Origin: Verrucomicrobiia bacterium
GTDB taxonomy: Bacteria > Verrucomicrobiota > Verrucomicrobiia > Limisphaerales > Pedosphaeraceae
Length of the DNA: 21,760 nt
Reading direction: 5' to 3'
Assembly: GCA_035570675.1 (NCBI GenBank)
Contig: DATMLG010000134.1
Coordinates: 1 to 21,760, forward strand
Shown: positions 9,106-17,941 of the stretch, piece by piece
How positions within the stretch are numbered: the stretch's first letter is position 1
Layout of the letters: every line of letters begins with the position of its first letter
Program-made: the position numbers and the translations under genes
The notes under the pieces: model-generated
Databases searched by the model: none
Told to the model about the DNA's origin: nothing
The model's input: only the letters and a program-made list of their open reading frames with translations

Positions 9106-9900
9106 TTAATAACCGCCCGAGCCGATGGTGGCGGAACGCGGAGCATCAACTTGTCCTGCCTTTTCCGCAGCCTCGCGACGGCGGTATTCGTCCAGCATCG
9201 CCGCGGTGGCGGATGCGCCGCAGCGCGACGCGCCCAGGTCGCGCACCTTGATGAGGGCATCCAAATCACGGACGCCACCGGCGGCCTTGACTTGAACCCG
9301 GGATGAAACGCTGGCGCGCATGAGCGCAAGATCATGTTCCGTCGCGCCCTTGTAATTGTAGCTGCCGTCGGGCTGCTTGACGAAATTGTAGCCGGTGGAG
9401 GTTTTCACCCAGTCGGCCCCGGCGCGTTCGCAGATCTGGCAGAGCTTTCGTTTGAAGTCGTCGGCACCAAGGCCCGCGCCGCCATTGGCCAAAAAATCGG
9501 TTTCCAGGATGACCTTCACCTTCGCGCTGTGCCGGTGCGCCTCGTCGCAAACGGCCCGCACGTCGTGTTCGACATAGGCCCAATCGCCGCTCATGGCCTT
9601 GCCGAGGTTGAGGACCATGTCAATTTCCACCGCGCCATCGCCGCAGGCCAGTTCGGTTTCGTAGCGCTTTGATTCCGTGGCGCTGCTGCCGTGCGGGAAC
9701 CCGATGACCGCGCCCGCGCGGACGCCGGTGCCGCGCAGGAGTTCGGCGGCGCGTTTGACCGCGTAGGGCTTGATGCAGACCGAGGCCACGGCGTATTTCA
9801 TGGCGAGACGGCAGCCGTCCTCGAGTTCCTGGTCCGTCATGGCCGGCTGGAGCAGGGAGTGGTCAATCATTTTGGCCAGTTCCTCGTAGGTGTATTTCAT
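9106..9900 (-). CDS. deoC: Deoxyribose-phosphate aldolase
   Basis: 264 aa. Class I aldolase DeoC blocks (VCIKPY, VIGFPHG, AVEIDMVLN, DWVKTSTGY with Schiff-base Lys, VKAAGGVRD). Length matches long-form DeoC. Confidence 0.9.
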   Translation of the reverse strand: MKYTYEELAKMIDHSLLQPAMTDQELEDGCRLAMKYAVASVCIKPYAVKRAAELLRGTGVRAGAVIGFPHGSSATESKRYETELACGDGAVEIDMVLNLGKAMSGDWAYVEHDVRAVCDEAHRHSAKVKVILETDFLANGGAGLGADDFKRKLCQICERAGADWVKTSTGYNFVKQPDGSYNYKGATEHDLALMRASVSSRVQVKAAGGVRDLDALIKVRDLGASRCGASATAAMLDEYRRREAAEKAGQVDAPRSATIGSGGY

Positions 9901-10052
9901 GACGCAACCATAACATGGGGCGGCCGGTTTCGGTAGATTTTTCCGCCCCGGCGAGGCCGGATTCGGCCGGAACGGGCCACGGATAAAATTTTCTCGCCAG
10001 TTGAAAAAATCGGGAGCATTTTCGGCGGGAGTCCGTCCAACAAGAAGGAACT

Positions 10053-13000
10053 ATGAAATCGCTTTATGTCCTTGCGGGTCTGGCATGCGTCATTGGCCTC
10101 CAATCATTCGCCGCGTCGCCGCCGGAATATGAGCCATTGAAGGCCGGCGCGGAGAAGCTGATTGAAGACGGCTCGTATGCGAAGGCGCATGAGGCCTATG
10201 AGCAGGCCGGGGCGATGAATTTGGATATGGGGGACCGGCGGTGGGTGGATTTCCGGCTGGCGGACACGCTCTGGCGGTCGGAGGCGGCGACCCGAACGAC
10301 GGACACGACGCAGCTTGACGCGGCGCGGCGGGAACTGGAGGCGCAGGTGCGGGACATCACGCGGGCGGAAGATCATGACCGGATTTGGGCGGAAGTGGAG
10401 GAATCGCTGGGGGATTATTTTTGGACGCGGCGGAATTCGATGGACTGGAACCAGGCCTGGCCGCATTACCAAAACGCGCTGGATTGGTGGGCCGGGACGG
10501 CGGACATTGAACTGGCCCGCGCGCGTTACTTGAAAATGGTGTGGGTGTGCGCGCATCCGCCGCAATTTGGTCCGCAGAACTTCTATTACGGCATGGGCGG
10601 GTACGGAAACATGCTGCCGCTGGAAATCCTGGAGAACGCGGCGAAAATTGCGCAGAGCGAAAACGACCAGGCGCACGCGCATTATTTGATTGCGATGACC
10701 TTGCGCAACCAGGGCGGCGAATGGGAACAGCGCCGGCGGGTGCCGGAGGAATTCGAGGCGGCCATCAAACCGGGCAAGACGACGGACTGGTATGCCGACG
10801 CGCTTTTCAATTATGCGATTTGGATGGAGGGCGGGGGCCGGATCGTGCGGCAGGCGGACGGCGGCTGGTCGATGCAGCCGGATTATGTGAAGGCCCTGGA
10901 GTTATACCGGCGGATCATGAAGGAGTTTGTTGAGGGCGAGACGCCGTACTGGCGATCGGCGCAGCAGCAGATAAAGAACATCACCGACCCGACGTTGAAC
11001 GTGAGCGTGGCGAATGTGTTCCTGCCGGATTCGGAAATGCAATACACGCTGAACTGGCGCAATGTGAAACAGATTGAGGTGGCGCTGTACGCGGTGGACT
11101 TGACCAAGGACGTGCAACTGTCGGGGCAGGACGATCGAAACAATAACTGGCTCCAATCAATTGACCTTTCCGGGCGTGAGAAGGTGAAATCATGGTCGCG
11201 TGACACCAAGGACAAGGGCGATTACATGCCCGGCAACGAGACCGTGCGGCTGGACGGCAAGCTGCCGGCGGGCGCGTATGTGATCGAGGCCAAGGGTGAG
11301 GGAGTCTCCTCGCGCGACCTGCTGCTGGTTTCGGACGCGGCGGTGGTGTTGAAGACGTCGGGCAACCAGGCCCTGGTTTACATGTGCAATGCGCTGGACA
11401 GCTCGCCACAGGCGGATGCCACCGTCCATCTGTGGGAGCGTTGGATGGACGACCAGAAGTGGCATTGGCGGGACCGCACCAAGAAAACCGGGGCGGATGG
11501 CATCGCAGTTTTTGACCTGGAGCAAAAGCAGAGCGGCAATCAAATCTTTGCGGGAGCCGTGTCCAAGGACCGGCAGGCGTTCAGCACCGCGGGCGTTTAT
11601 TTTAACAACAGTTCCGACCAGGAATGGAAAATTTACGCGACGACGGACCGGCCGGCGTACCGGCCGAAGGAGACGGTGCAATGGAAATTCACGGCGCGCA
11701 GATACAACGGTTCGGTGTACTCGACACCTTCGGACGCGGTGGTGGAGTACGAGATTCATGATCCGCGCGGCGCGAAGGTAAAGGAGGACAAGGTGACGTT
11801 GAATTCGTTTGGCAGCGCGTGGGGTTCGCTGGAGTTGACGGAGACGATGCCGCTGGGGGAATACCAGGTGATATTTTGGAACAAGGGAAAAACAGATCAG
11901 ATCGGGAGCGCGTCATTGTTTCGATTGGAGGAATACAAGTTGCCGGAATTCAAGGTGAGCGTGCAGATGCCGGAGGAGAACGGGAAGAAGAAGGCGTTCC
12001 GTCTCGGTGAAAAAGTGACGGTGAACATCCAGGCGGATTATTATTTCGGCGGGCCGGTGGCGAACGCGGACGTGGAGGTGGTGGTCACGCAGAATCCGCT
12101 TTATCATTATTGGCACCGGCCGCATGAGTATCCATGGTTTTATGAGGATATGACGCCGGGTTTTCAAGGCGGCCGTTATTACGGCGGCCAGGGGCCGATC
12201 ATCAAGCGGGAGACGATCAAGACGGACGCAACGGGCAAGGCGGCGCTGACGTTCGACACGCCGCAGGACAGCGGCCAGGATTTCGAGTACAGCATCGAAG
12301 CGCGCGTGACGGATTCGAGCCGTCGGGAAATCACCGGCAACGGCACGGCGCGGGTGACGCGGGAGCGTTATTCAGTTTATCCCGAACCCGAGCACAATCT
12401 TTACCGGCCGCAGGACAAGGTGACGGTGAATTTCAAGGCGCAGGACGCGAACGACCAGCCGGTGCAAACGGAGGGGACGGTGAAGGTCACGCGTGATTAT
12501 TGGTATGAAGTCTGGCTCGCGCCGGACGGTCACGAAGTGAAGGGCGCGGAACTGGCGCGGTGGCAGGGTCGGGGCGCGGTGTTCCCGCCGGTGCCCGCGC
12601 CGGGCAATGCACCGTGGCGGCTGAAGTTTCGTGGTTATGAGCAGGACGCAATTTTGACGCAGACGGTGAAGACGGACACCAATGGCGAGGCGGCATTGAC
12701 GTTCACGCCGGAACGCGCCGGGTATTATCGAGTGGCTTGGACGAGCGAGGATGATGCGGACACCAACGCGCCGCCGGGACCGCCCATCACTGCGGAGACG
12801 ACGGTCTGGGTAGCGACGACGGCGACGACGGAGCTGGGGTATCGTCACGGCGGGATGGAAATTGTGGTGGACAAGGACACGTTCCGCACGGGCCAGACAG
12901 CGCCGGTGATGTTGAGCGTGCCGACGAGCGACCGCTATGTGTTGTTCACAGTCGAGGGGGAAAATCTGTTGAACTATCAACTGGTGCATGTGACGGGAAC

Positions 13001-16000
13001 GGTGAAGTTGATTGAACTGCCGATTGAGGAGAAGCATGTGCCGAACATTTTTTTGAGCGCGGAGCTGGTGAGCGACCGGCAGATATATGAGGACACGAAG
13101 GAAGTGGTGGTGCCGCCGACGAAGAATTTTCTGACGGTGGACGTGAAGCCCGACCGCGAGCAGTATCAGCCAAAGGAGGAGGGGACGTTCACGATCACGA
13201 CACTGGACGACAACCGGAAGCCGGTGCCGGCCGAGGTGTCGTTCGGGCTGGCGGATGAGGCGGTGTTTTACATTCAATCCGATTACGCGGGGGATCCGCG
13301 GCAGTTTTTCTTTAGGGACAAACGGGCGCACGAGGTGCAGACGCAAAGCACGTTCAACCAGAAGAGTTACGCGCGGTTGGTGGAATGGGAGAAGGGCGAA
13401 TTGATAGATGAACGCGAGCGCGACCAGCGGCAGGTGATGAATTCCCGGCACGGCGGTGCGGATTACAATGATTACGATAAACTTGATGAAGCCAAGGACC
13501 AGGAGATGGACAGCAGCGGGATGGTCAGGTTGAGGAAAGGCATGGAAAACCGCAACTATACTTTCAGCGGCGGCGGGGGCATTGGTGGCGTTTCTGGCGG
13601 CCGGTTTTTTGCCGGGGATGGGATGGTTGAGTCGCTCTCGGCCGCCGTGCCCAGGAGCGCGCTGGCCGCGGCAGCCCCGCCCGGCGCCATGCCGATGAAC
13701 GCTGACATGCCGATGCTTGGGATGCTGGAAAAAGCCAAAAGCCCTGGCGGCGGGGAGGAACCGGCGGTGCAGGTGCGGAGTGATTTTCGGTCCACGATTT
13801 TCTGGCAACCGGATGTGAAGACGGGCGCGGACGGCCGGGCAACGGTGAAGGTGAAGTATCCGGATTCGCTGACGGGCTGGCAGGCGATGGCGCGCGCGGT
13901 GACGGAGGGAAACCAGTTCGGCATCGCCACGACGAACACGCGAACGAAGGAACCTTTGATTGTGCGGCTGGAGGGGCCGAGGTTTTTTGTGGTGGGCGAC
14001 ACGGTGACGATTTCGGCGGTGGTGAACAACAACACGGAGGAGGAATTGACGGCAAAAGTCACACTGGATCCGACCGTGCCGGGGTTTGCAGCCAAGGACG
14101 CGATGGTGATGGAGTTGAAGGTGCCGGCGAACGGCGAGGCGCGAGCGGACTGGCAGATTCCGTTTCACGAAGCGGGCGAGGCGACATTGAAGGTGACGGC
14201 GCGCGGCGGAAAATACGCGGACGCGATGGAGAAGACGTACACAGTTTATGAGCACGGGATTGAGAAATTCATATCGAAGTCCGGCAAGGTGCGGGGCGAT
14301 GACGTGACGGTGAAGCTGGACTTGCCGAAGGAGCGGCGGGCGGCGTCGACGACACTGTCGGTACAGGTGACGCCGAGCCTGGCGGTGACGATGCTGGATG
14401 CGCTGCCGTATCTCATCAATTATCCGTACGGTTGCACGGAACAGACGATGAGCCGGTTTTTGCCGACGGCGATCACGGCGAAGACGTTGCAGGACACGGG
14501 GCTGTCGGCGGAGGAAGCAATGCATCATATATTTGGCGGGATTGAAACGAATTCCGCAGCGGCGACGCATCCCGATGGGAAGCAGGACATGCAAAAGCTC
14601 GCGGACATGGAGAAGGCGAGCCTGGAACGATTGTATGATTTTCAACACGCCGACGGAGGGTGGGGCTGGTGGAAGGAGGGCGAGAGCGACCATTGGATGA
14701 CCGCCTACGTAGTGTGGGGGTTGTCGCTCGCCCGGGACGCGGGCATCAATGTGAACGAGGACGCGCTGCGTCACGGGGCGGAGTATCTGGACAAACGGCT
14801 GGTGGAGGCGGACAAGAATTATGATCTGCAGGCGTGGATGCTGCATGCGTTGTCCGCGGAGCATGTGACGTTCAAGGAAAATGGGACGGGCAAGTTTGAA
14901 ACGACGGCGATGGACAATCTGTGGACGAACCGCGACCAGTTGAATGCGTACACGCGGGCATTGTTCATCTTGGCCGCGCATAATTATGGTTCCGATGACC
15001 GGGCGAAGACGCTGGTGGAGAATTTGGAGAACGGCGTGAAGCTGGACACGGCGCCGGACACGTCGGTGGTGATGCAGGGGCCCCAGCAGACGAGCGCGGC
15101 GGTGATGGGGACGGCGCACTGGGGCGCGGACGGGATTTACTGGCATTGGTCGGAGAGCGGCGTGGAATCCACGGCATTTGCGCTGCGGGCGCTGCTGGCG
15201 GTGGACCCGACGAACAAGCTCGTCGAGCCGGTTTGCAACTGGCTGATCAAAAACCGGCGGGGCGCGCAATGGAACAACACGCGGGACACGGCCATCACCG
15301 TGCTGGCGATGAATGACTATCTGCGCGCGAGCGGGGAACTCGCGCCGGAACTGGAATATGAAGTGCTGGTGAACGGGGAATCCATCGCCAAGAAGAAGGT
15401 GACGCCGGCGGATGCGTTCAATGCGCCGAGCCAGTTTGCGGTGGACCCGAAATTGATCCGGGACGGGGAGAACGACGTGCGGATCGTGCGGCGGAGCGGG
15501 ACGGGGGCGATTTATTTCGCGGCGAACGCGGAATTTTTCAGCCAGGAGGAGCCAATCACGGCGGCGGGAAACGAGATATTTGTGCGGCGGCAATATTACA
15601 AACTGGCGGGCCGGCCGACGCTGCTGAAGGGTTACGTCTATGACCGGGAGCCGCTGAACGACGGGGACAGCGTGAAGAGCGGCGAGCGCGTCGAGACGGT
15701 GGTGACCATCGAGGCGAAGAACGATTACGAATACCTGCTGTTCGAGGACTTGAAGCCGGCGGGGTTTGAAGCGGTGGAGATTCGCAGCGGACAGCCGTTG
15801 TATGCGAATGAACTGAAGTCCGGCGCGGTGGCGCAGAAGATGGGCGCCGCGACCAACACCAGCAGCATGAGTTACGAGGTGAACGAGGGGGACACGTTGA
15901 GCGAAATTGCGCGCGCGCACGGGACGACGGTGCGGGCGATTTTGCGGGCGAACGGGTTGACGTCCTCGCAAATAAAGGCCGGGGCGAAGCTGATGCTTCC

Positions 16001-16259
16001 GATGCGGCGGCCGGCGGTGGAGGATTCGGATTACACGGGCCAGGTGCGGTGGGTGTATGAGGAGTTGCGGGACCGGAAGGTGTCGCTGTTCATTGACAAG
16101 CTGCCGCAGGGGGTGTGGGAAATAAAATATGATTATCGCGCGGAAGCACCGGGAGATTTCCACGCCCTGCCGGTGCTGGGCCGGGCGATGTATGTGCCGG
16201 AGATTCGGTGCAACGGACAGGAAGTGCGGGTGAAGGTGGAGGAAAGCGACAAGGAGTGA
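10053..16259 (+). CDS. Alpha-2-macroglobulin family protein (thioester-containing) with N-terminal TPR-like helical extension and C-terminal LysM domain
   Basis: 2068-aa ORF with an AAGGAA RBS. Signal peptide MKSLYVLAGLACVIGLQSFAA. Thioester motif GCTEQ at nt 14443-14454 within ...INYPYGCTEQTMSRFLPT. Gly/Ala/Met-rich bait-like region (~13563-13790) is followed by an A2M-type block (RSDFRSTIFWQPDVKT). Terpenoid-cyclase-like TED region (DGGWGWW). LysM-like segment YEVNEGDTLSEIARAHGTTVRAILRANGLTSSQIKAGAKLMLP at ~15874-16000. Confidence 0.9.
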   Translation: MKSLYVLAGLACVIGLQSFAASPPEYEPLKAGAEKLIEDGSYAKAHEAYEQAGAMNLDMGDRRWVDFRLADTLWRSEAATRTTDTTQLDAARRELEAQVRDITRAEDHDRIWAEVEESLGDYFWTRRNSMDWNQAWPHYQNALDWWAGTADIELARARYLKMVWVCAHPPQFGPQNFYYGMGGYGNMLPLEILENAAKIAQSENDQAHAHYLIAMTLRNQGGEWEQRRRVPEEFEAAIKPGKTTDWYADALFNYAIWMEGGGRIVRQADGGWSMQPDYVKALELYRRIMKEFVEGETPYWRSAQQQIKNITDPTLNVSVANVFLPDSEMQYTLNWRNVKQIEVALYAVDLTKDVQLSGQDDRNNNWLQSIDLSGREKVKSWSRDTKDKGDYMPGNETVRLDGKLPAGAYVIEAKGEGVSSRDLLLVSDAAVVLKTSGNQALVYMCNALDSSPQADATVHLWERWMDDQKWHWRDRTKKTGADGIAVFDLEQKQSGNQIFAGAVSKDRQAFSTAGVYFNNSSDQEWKIYATTDRPAYRPKETVQWKFTARRYNGSVYSTPSDAVVEYEIHDPRGAKVKEDKVTLNSFGSAWGSLELTETMPLGEYQVIFWNKGKTDQIGSASLFRLEEYKLPEFKVSVQMPEENGKKKAFRLGEKVTVNIQADYYFGGPVANADVEVVVTQNPLYHYWHRPHEYPWFYEDMTPGFQGGRYYGGQGPIIKRETIKTDATGKAALTFDTPQDSGQDFEYSIEARVTDSSRREITGNGTARVTRERYSVYPEPEHNLYRPQDKVTVNFKAQDANDQPVQTEGTVKVTRDYWYEVWLAPDGHEVKGAELARWQGRGAVFPPVPAPGNAPWRLKFRGYEQDAILTQTVKTDTNGEAALTFTPERAGYYRVAWTSEDDADTNAPPGPPITAETTVWVATTATTELGYRHGGMEIVVDKDTFRTGQTAPVMLSVPTSDRYVLFTVEGENLLNYQLVHVTGTVKLIELPIEEKHVPNIFLSAELVSDRQIYEDTKEVVVPPTKNFLTVDVKPDREQYQPKEEGTFTITTLDDNRKPVPAEVSFGLADEAVFYIQSDYAGDPRQFFFRDKRAHEVQTQSTFNQKSYARLVEWEKGELIDERERDQRQVMNSRHGGADYNDYDKLDEAKDQEMDSSGMVRLRKGMENRNYTFSGGGGIGGVSGGRFFAGDGMVESLSAAVPRSALAAAAPPGAMPMNADMPMLGMLEKAKSPGGGEEPAVQVRSDFRSTIFWQPDVKTGADGRATVKVKYPDSLTGWQAMARAVTEGNQFGIATTNTRTKEPLIVRLEGPRFFVVGDTVTISAVVNNNTEEELTAKVTLDPTVPGFAAKDAMVMELKVPANGEARADWQIPFHEAGEATLKVTARGGKYADAMEKTYTVYEHGIEKFISKSGKVRGDDVTVKLDLPKERRAASTTLSVQVTPSLAVTMLDALPYLINYPYGCTEQTMSRFLPTAITAKTLQDTGLSAEEAMHHIFGGIETNSAAATHPDGKQDMQKLADMEKASLERLYDFQHADGGWGWWKEGESDHWMTAYVVWGLSLARDAGINVNEDALRHGAEYLDKRLVEADKNYDLQAWMLHALSAEHVTFKENGTGKFETTAMDNLWTNRDQLNAYTRALFILAAHNYGSDDRAKTLVENLENGVKLDTAPDTSVVMQGPQQTSAAVMGTAHWGADGIYWHWSESGVESTAFALRALLAVDPTNKLVEPVCNWLIKNRRGAQWNNTRDTAITVLAMNDYLRASGELAPELEYEVLVNGESIAKKKVTPADAFNAPSQFAVDPKLIRDGENDVRIVRRSGTGAIYFAANAEFFSQEEPITAAGNEIFVRRQYYKLAGRPTLLKGYVYDREPLNDGDSVKSGERVETVVTIEAKNDYEYLLFEDLKPAGFEAVEIRSGQPLYANELKSGAVAQKMGAATNTSSMSYEVNEGDTLSEIARAHGTTVRAILRANGLTSSQIKAGAKLMLPMRRPAVEDSDYTGQVRWVYEELRDRKVSLFIDKLPQGVWEIKYDYRAEAPGDFHALPVLGRAMYVPEIRCNGQEVRVKVEESDKE

Positions 16260-16328
16260 GACATTTCGGAGTTAAATCGTGAAATCGTGAAACGTTACAA
16301 CGAAACGGGCTCAAAAAATTCAGCGGCT

Positions 16329-16733
16329 ATGAAAGGATTCATGGCGATATTGATTTTGGTGGCTGTGTTCTGTCCAGGCATTGCTTACGCCAAACGCGCA
16401 GCGCCGTCGAAGGTTGAGCCGGTCACATCAGAAGGCGTAAGGTATGTTGCTCCAAATGACGAGGGACTACACGGGTATGTGCAAGCGTGGGATGCCAAAA
16501 CCGGCAAAATGCTTTGGCAGGCGACGGTCTTCCGCACCTCGATTGATCCGCGGGTAGAGGAGGATGTCCAAGATGTCTATATCAAGAAAATGAGCCTCGG
16601 AAAAGGCACGCTCTTTCTTGTTCTTGAGGACGAGCGCGAGTACGGTCTGGATTTGAAAACACGTGCGATCAAGCGTTTGGATTTAGCGCCTTGGCGCGGC
16701 AGGCATTTTTGGCTTGGCCAAGAATGGTTCTGA
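16329..16733 (+). CDS. Small secreted hypothetical protein (signal peptide; single PQQ/beta-propeller-blade-like motif)
   Basis: Low-GC ORF. Signal peptide MKGFMAILILVAVFCPGIAYA. The motif GYVQAWDAKTGKMLWQATVF resembles one PQQ-type propeller blade. Alternative start ATG 16287. Confidence 0.45.
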   Translation: MKGFMAILILVAVFCPGIAYAKRAAPSKVEPVTSEGVRYVAPNDEGLHGYVQAWDAKTGKMLWQATVFRTSIDPRVEEDVQDVYIKKMSLGKGTLFLVLEDEREYGLDLKTRAIKRLDLAPWRGRHFWLGQEWF

Positions 16734-16823
16734 TTTCATGGAAGGCATTAAGACCAGGGGTAAGATTAAGAGGGAGACTCTACTGGGGGATTCGCAGACG
16801 GTTTATTAGTTTTCAATTGTTTG
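16731..16823 (+). repeat. Copy 1 of a ~90-nt direct repeat (conserved 44-nt 5' block + variable spacer + 21-nt 3' block)
   Basis: GATTTCATGGAAGGCATTAAGACCAGGGGTAAGATTAAGAGGGA...TTATTAGTTTTCAATTGTTTG. About 84% identical to copy 2 in the 5' block and 20/21 in the 3' block. Begins on the stop codon of the upstream small ORF. Confidence 0.6.
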
Positions 16824-16852
16824 CCAATGCAAATGCTGGAGTTGTGATCACG

Positions 16853-17359
16853 ATGAACATGCTATACTTGCGCCAATATTCGACCCTTTTCTCTGGCTGC
16901 CTTGATTTTCGGGCGGCGGTGGCCCGGCTTTCCAGGCGTCATTTAGCATGCGCATTATCTGCCATCATTGGTCTGGTGCTCGTACCCGGATTTTCCATTT
17001 GTGAGGCAACCGCACAAACGAGCACGAACAGCCCGGTGCGGCTCAAACCGGCGATGTTCATCGATTACGAATTCACGCTTATTTCAGACAAGGACTATCT
17101 GTATTACTTCTTCATGGATAATGGCAGTGTGGATGAAACCTTTGGAAACAAAGGGAAAAATAGCCCAGCTATCGCTTTGGGGGAGGGTTGGAGGATAGAG
17201 CATGGCAACACATTGGTTTTCCTCGGAGTGTCAGACGCCATCGGCGCGGTACCGAACCCCGTGAGGCATACTTTACAGTTCAAATCCTTCGGTGAAAAAA
17301 TTGTGGTCACGACCGACGGCCAAAGATTCAGGCGCTCAAAACTCAAACGGCCAGATTAA
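16853..17359 (+). CDS. Small secreted hypothetical protein
   Basis: Low-GC ORF. An in-frame GTG at 16919 gives a cleaner signal peptide (VARLSRRHLACALSAIIGLVLVPGFSICEA) and may be the true start. No family recognised. Confidence 0.45.
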   Translation: MNMLYLRQYSTLFSGCLDFRAAVARLSRRHLACALSAIIGLVLVPGFSICEATAQTSTNSPVRLKPAMFIDYEFTLISDKDYLYYFFMDNGSVDETFGNKGKNSPAIALGEGWRIEHGNTLVFLGVSDAIGAVPNPVRHTLQFKSFGEKIVVTTDGQRFRRSKLKRPD

Positions 17360-17398
17360 ATCAATACAAATGCCGCCTGACAAACTGGCTCGGGTTGT

Positions 17399-17436
17399 CC
17401 CGGCTGGTCCCGCTTCGTCCCGGGTCCGTTTTTTTT
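17399..17436 (+). terminator. Candidate intrinsic terminator after the second small ORF
   Basis: Short GC stem (cccgg...ccggg) within a 3x tandem 10-mer (gtcccggctg/gtcccgcttc/gtcccgggtc), followed by T8 (17429-17436). Confidence 0.3.
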
Positions 17437-17450
17437 GGCAGGCGCTTCTC

Positions 17451-17475
17451 GCGAAGGCAGGCAGAGCCTGCACCC
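17451..17475. repeat. Palindromic motif GCGAAGGCAGGCAGAGCCTGCACCC (copy 1 of 3)
   Basis: Perfect hairpin gcaggc-aga-gcctgc followed by ACCC. Near-identical copies at 20239-20261 and 20346-20370. Confidence 0.55.
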
Positions 17476-17520
17476 AACGAAGAAAGGGAAAAATGGCCAC
17501 GAAAGAACACAGATGGCACA

Positions 17521-17607
17521 GATTTCACGGAAGGGATTAAAATTAGGGGTAAAATTAAGAGGGGCGAATGGACGGTAGCTCGTGATTATTAGTTTTCAAT
17601 TGATTGA
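17521..17607 (+). repeat. Copy 2 of the ~90-nt direct repeat
   Basis: GATTTCACGGAAGGGATTAAAATTAGGGGTAAAATTAAGAGGGG...TTATTAGTTTTCAATTGATTG. Lies upstream of the long leader of the flotillin gene. Confidence 0.6.
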
Positions 17608-17941
17608 CAGGGAGTTGCATTAGCACCGCTTGACATGAAGGGCGGCGCGTGCGATTAGGAATTGTTGGTATTGCAGCGCCTAAACCGGCTTTCCTTCCTG
17701 AGGGCCGGTGCGGGGGACCCAAAAATCCCCGGGAAACCGGGGACGGGGCGCACGGCGGCAGGTAACTGTTGCCAAGGCCACTTCCATGGCCGAGCCCGTC
17801 AGCTAACCTCGCCGGCAATTGGAAGGGCGATCCTCTAGGGCCGCAGGTCGCGGCACCCAAGTTCACCCCGTTTAAAAACAGGTTGCGCCGCAATGCGGTC
17901 AACCACCGTGACGTGGTGTAACCACAGGAGAAAGGGTCGTT

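Noticed and set aside
9077-9106. Short GC hairpin between the convergent OMP gene and deoC as a bidirectional terminator
   Set aside because: It has only a 6-bp stem with a ~24-nt loop and no U-tract, so the evidence is too weak to call.
10053-10125. Lipoprotein lipobox in the A2M signal peptide (LAGLAC)
   Set aside because: Position -3 relative to Cys is Gly, not L/V/I, so it does not fit [LVI][ASTVI][GAS]C. The AXA-type cleavage after SFAA is more likely, so it is treated as a secreted, not lipidated, protein.
12372-16163. 1263-aa ORF on the minus strand, antisense to the A2M gene
   Set aside because: The Arg/Pro/His-rich low-complexity translation is typical of the stop-poor antisense frame of a high-GC gene. 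It lies fully embedded in a gene whose sense-strand product has strong family motifs (CTEQ thioester etc.).
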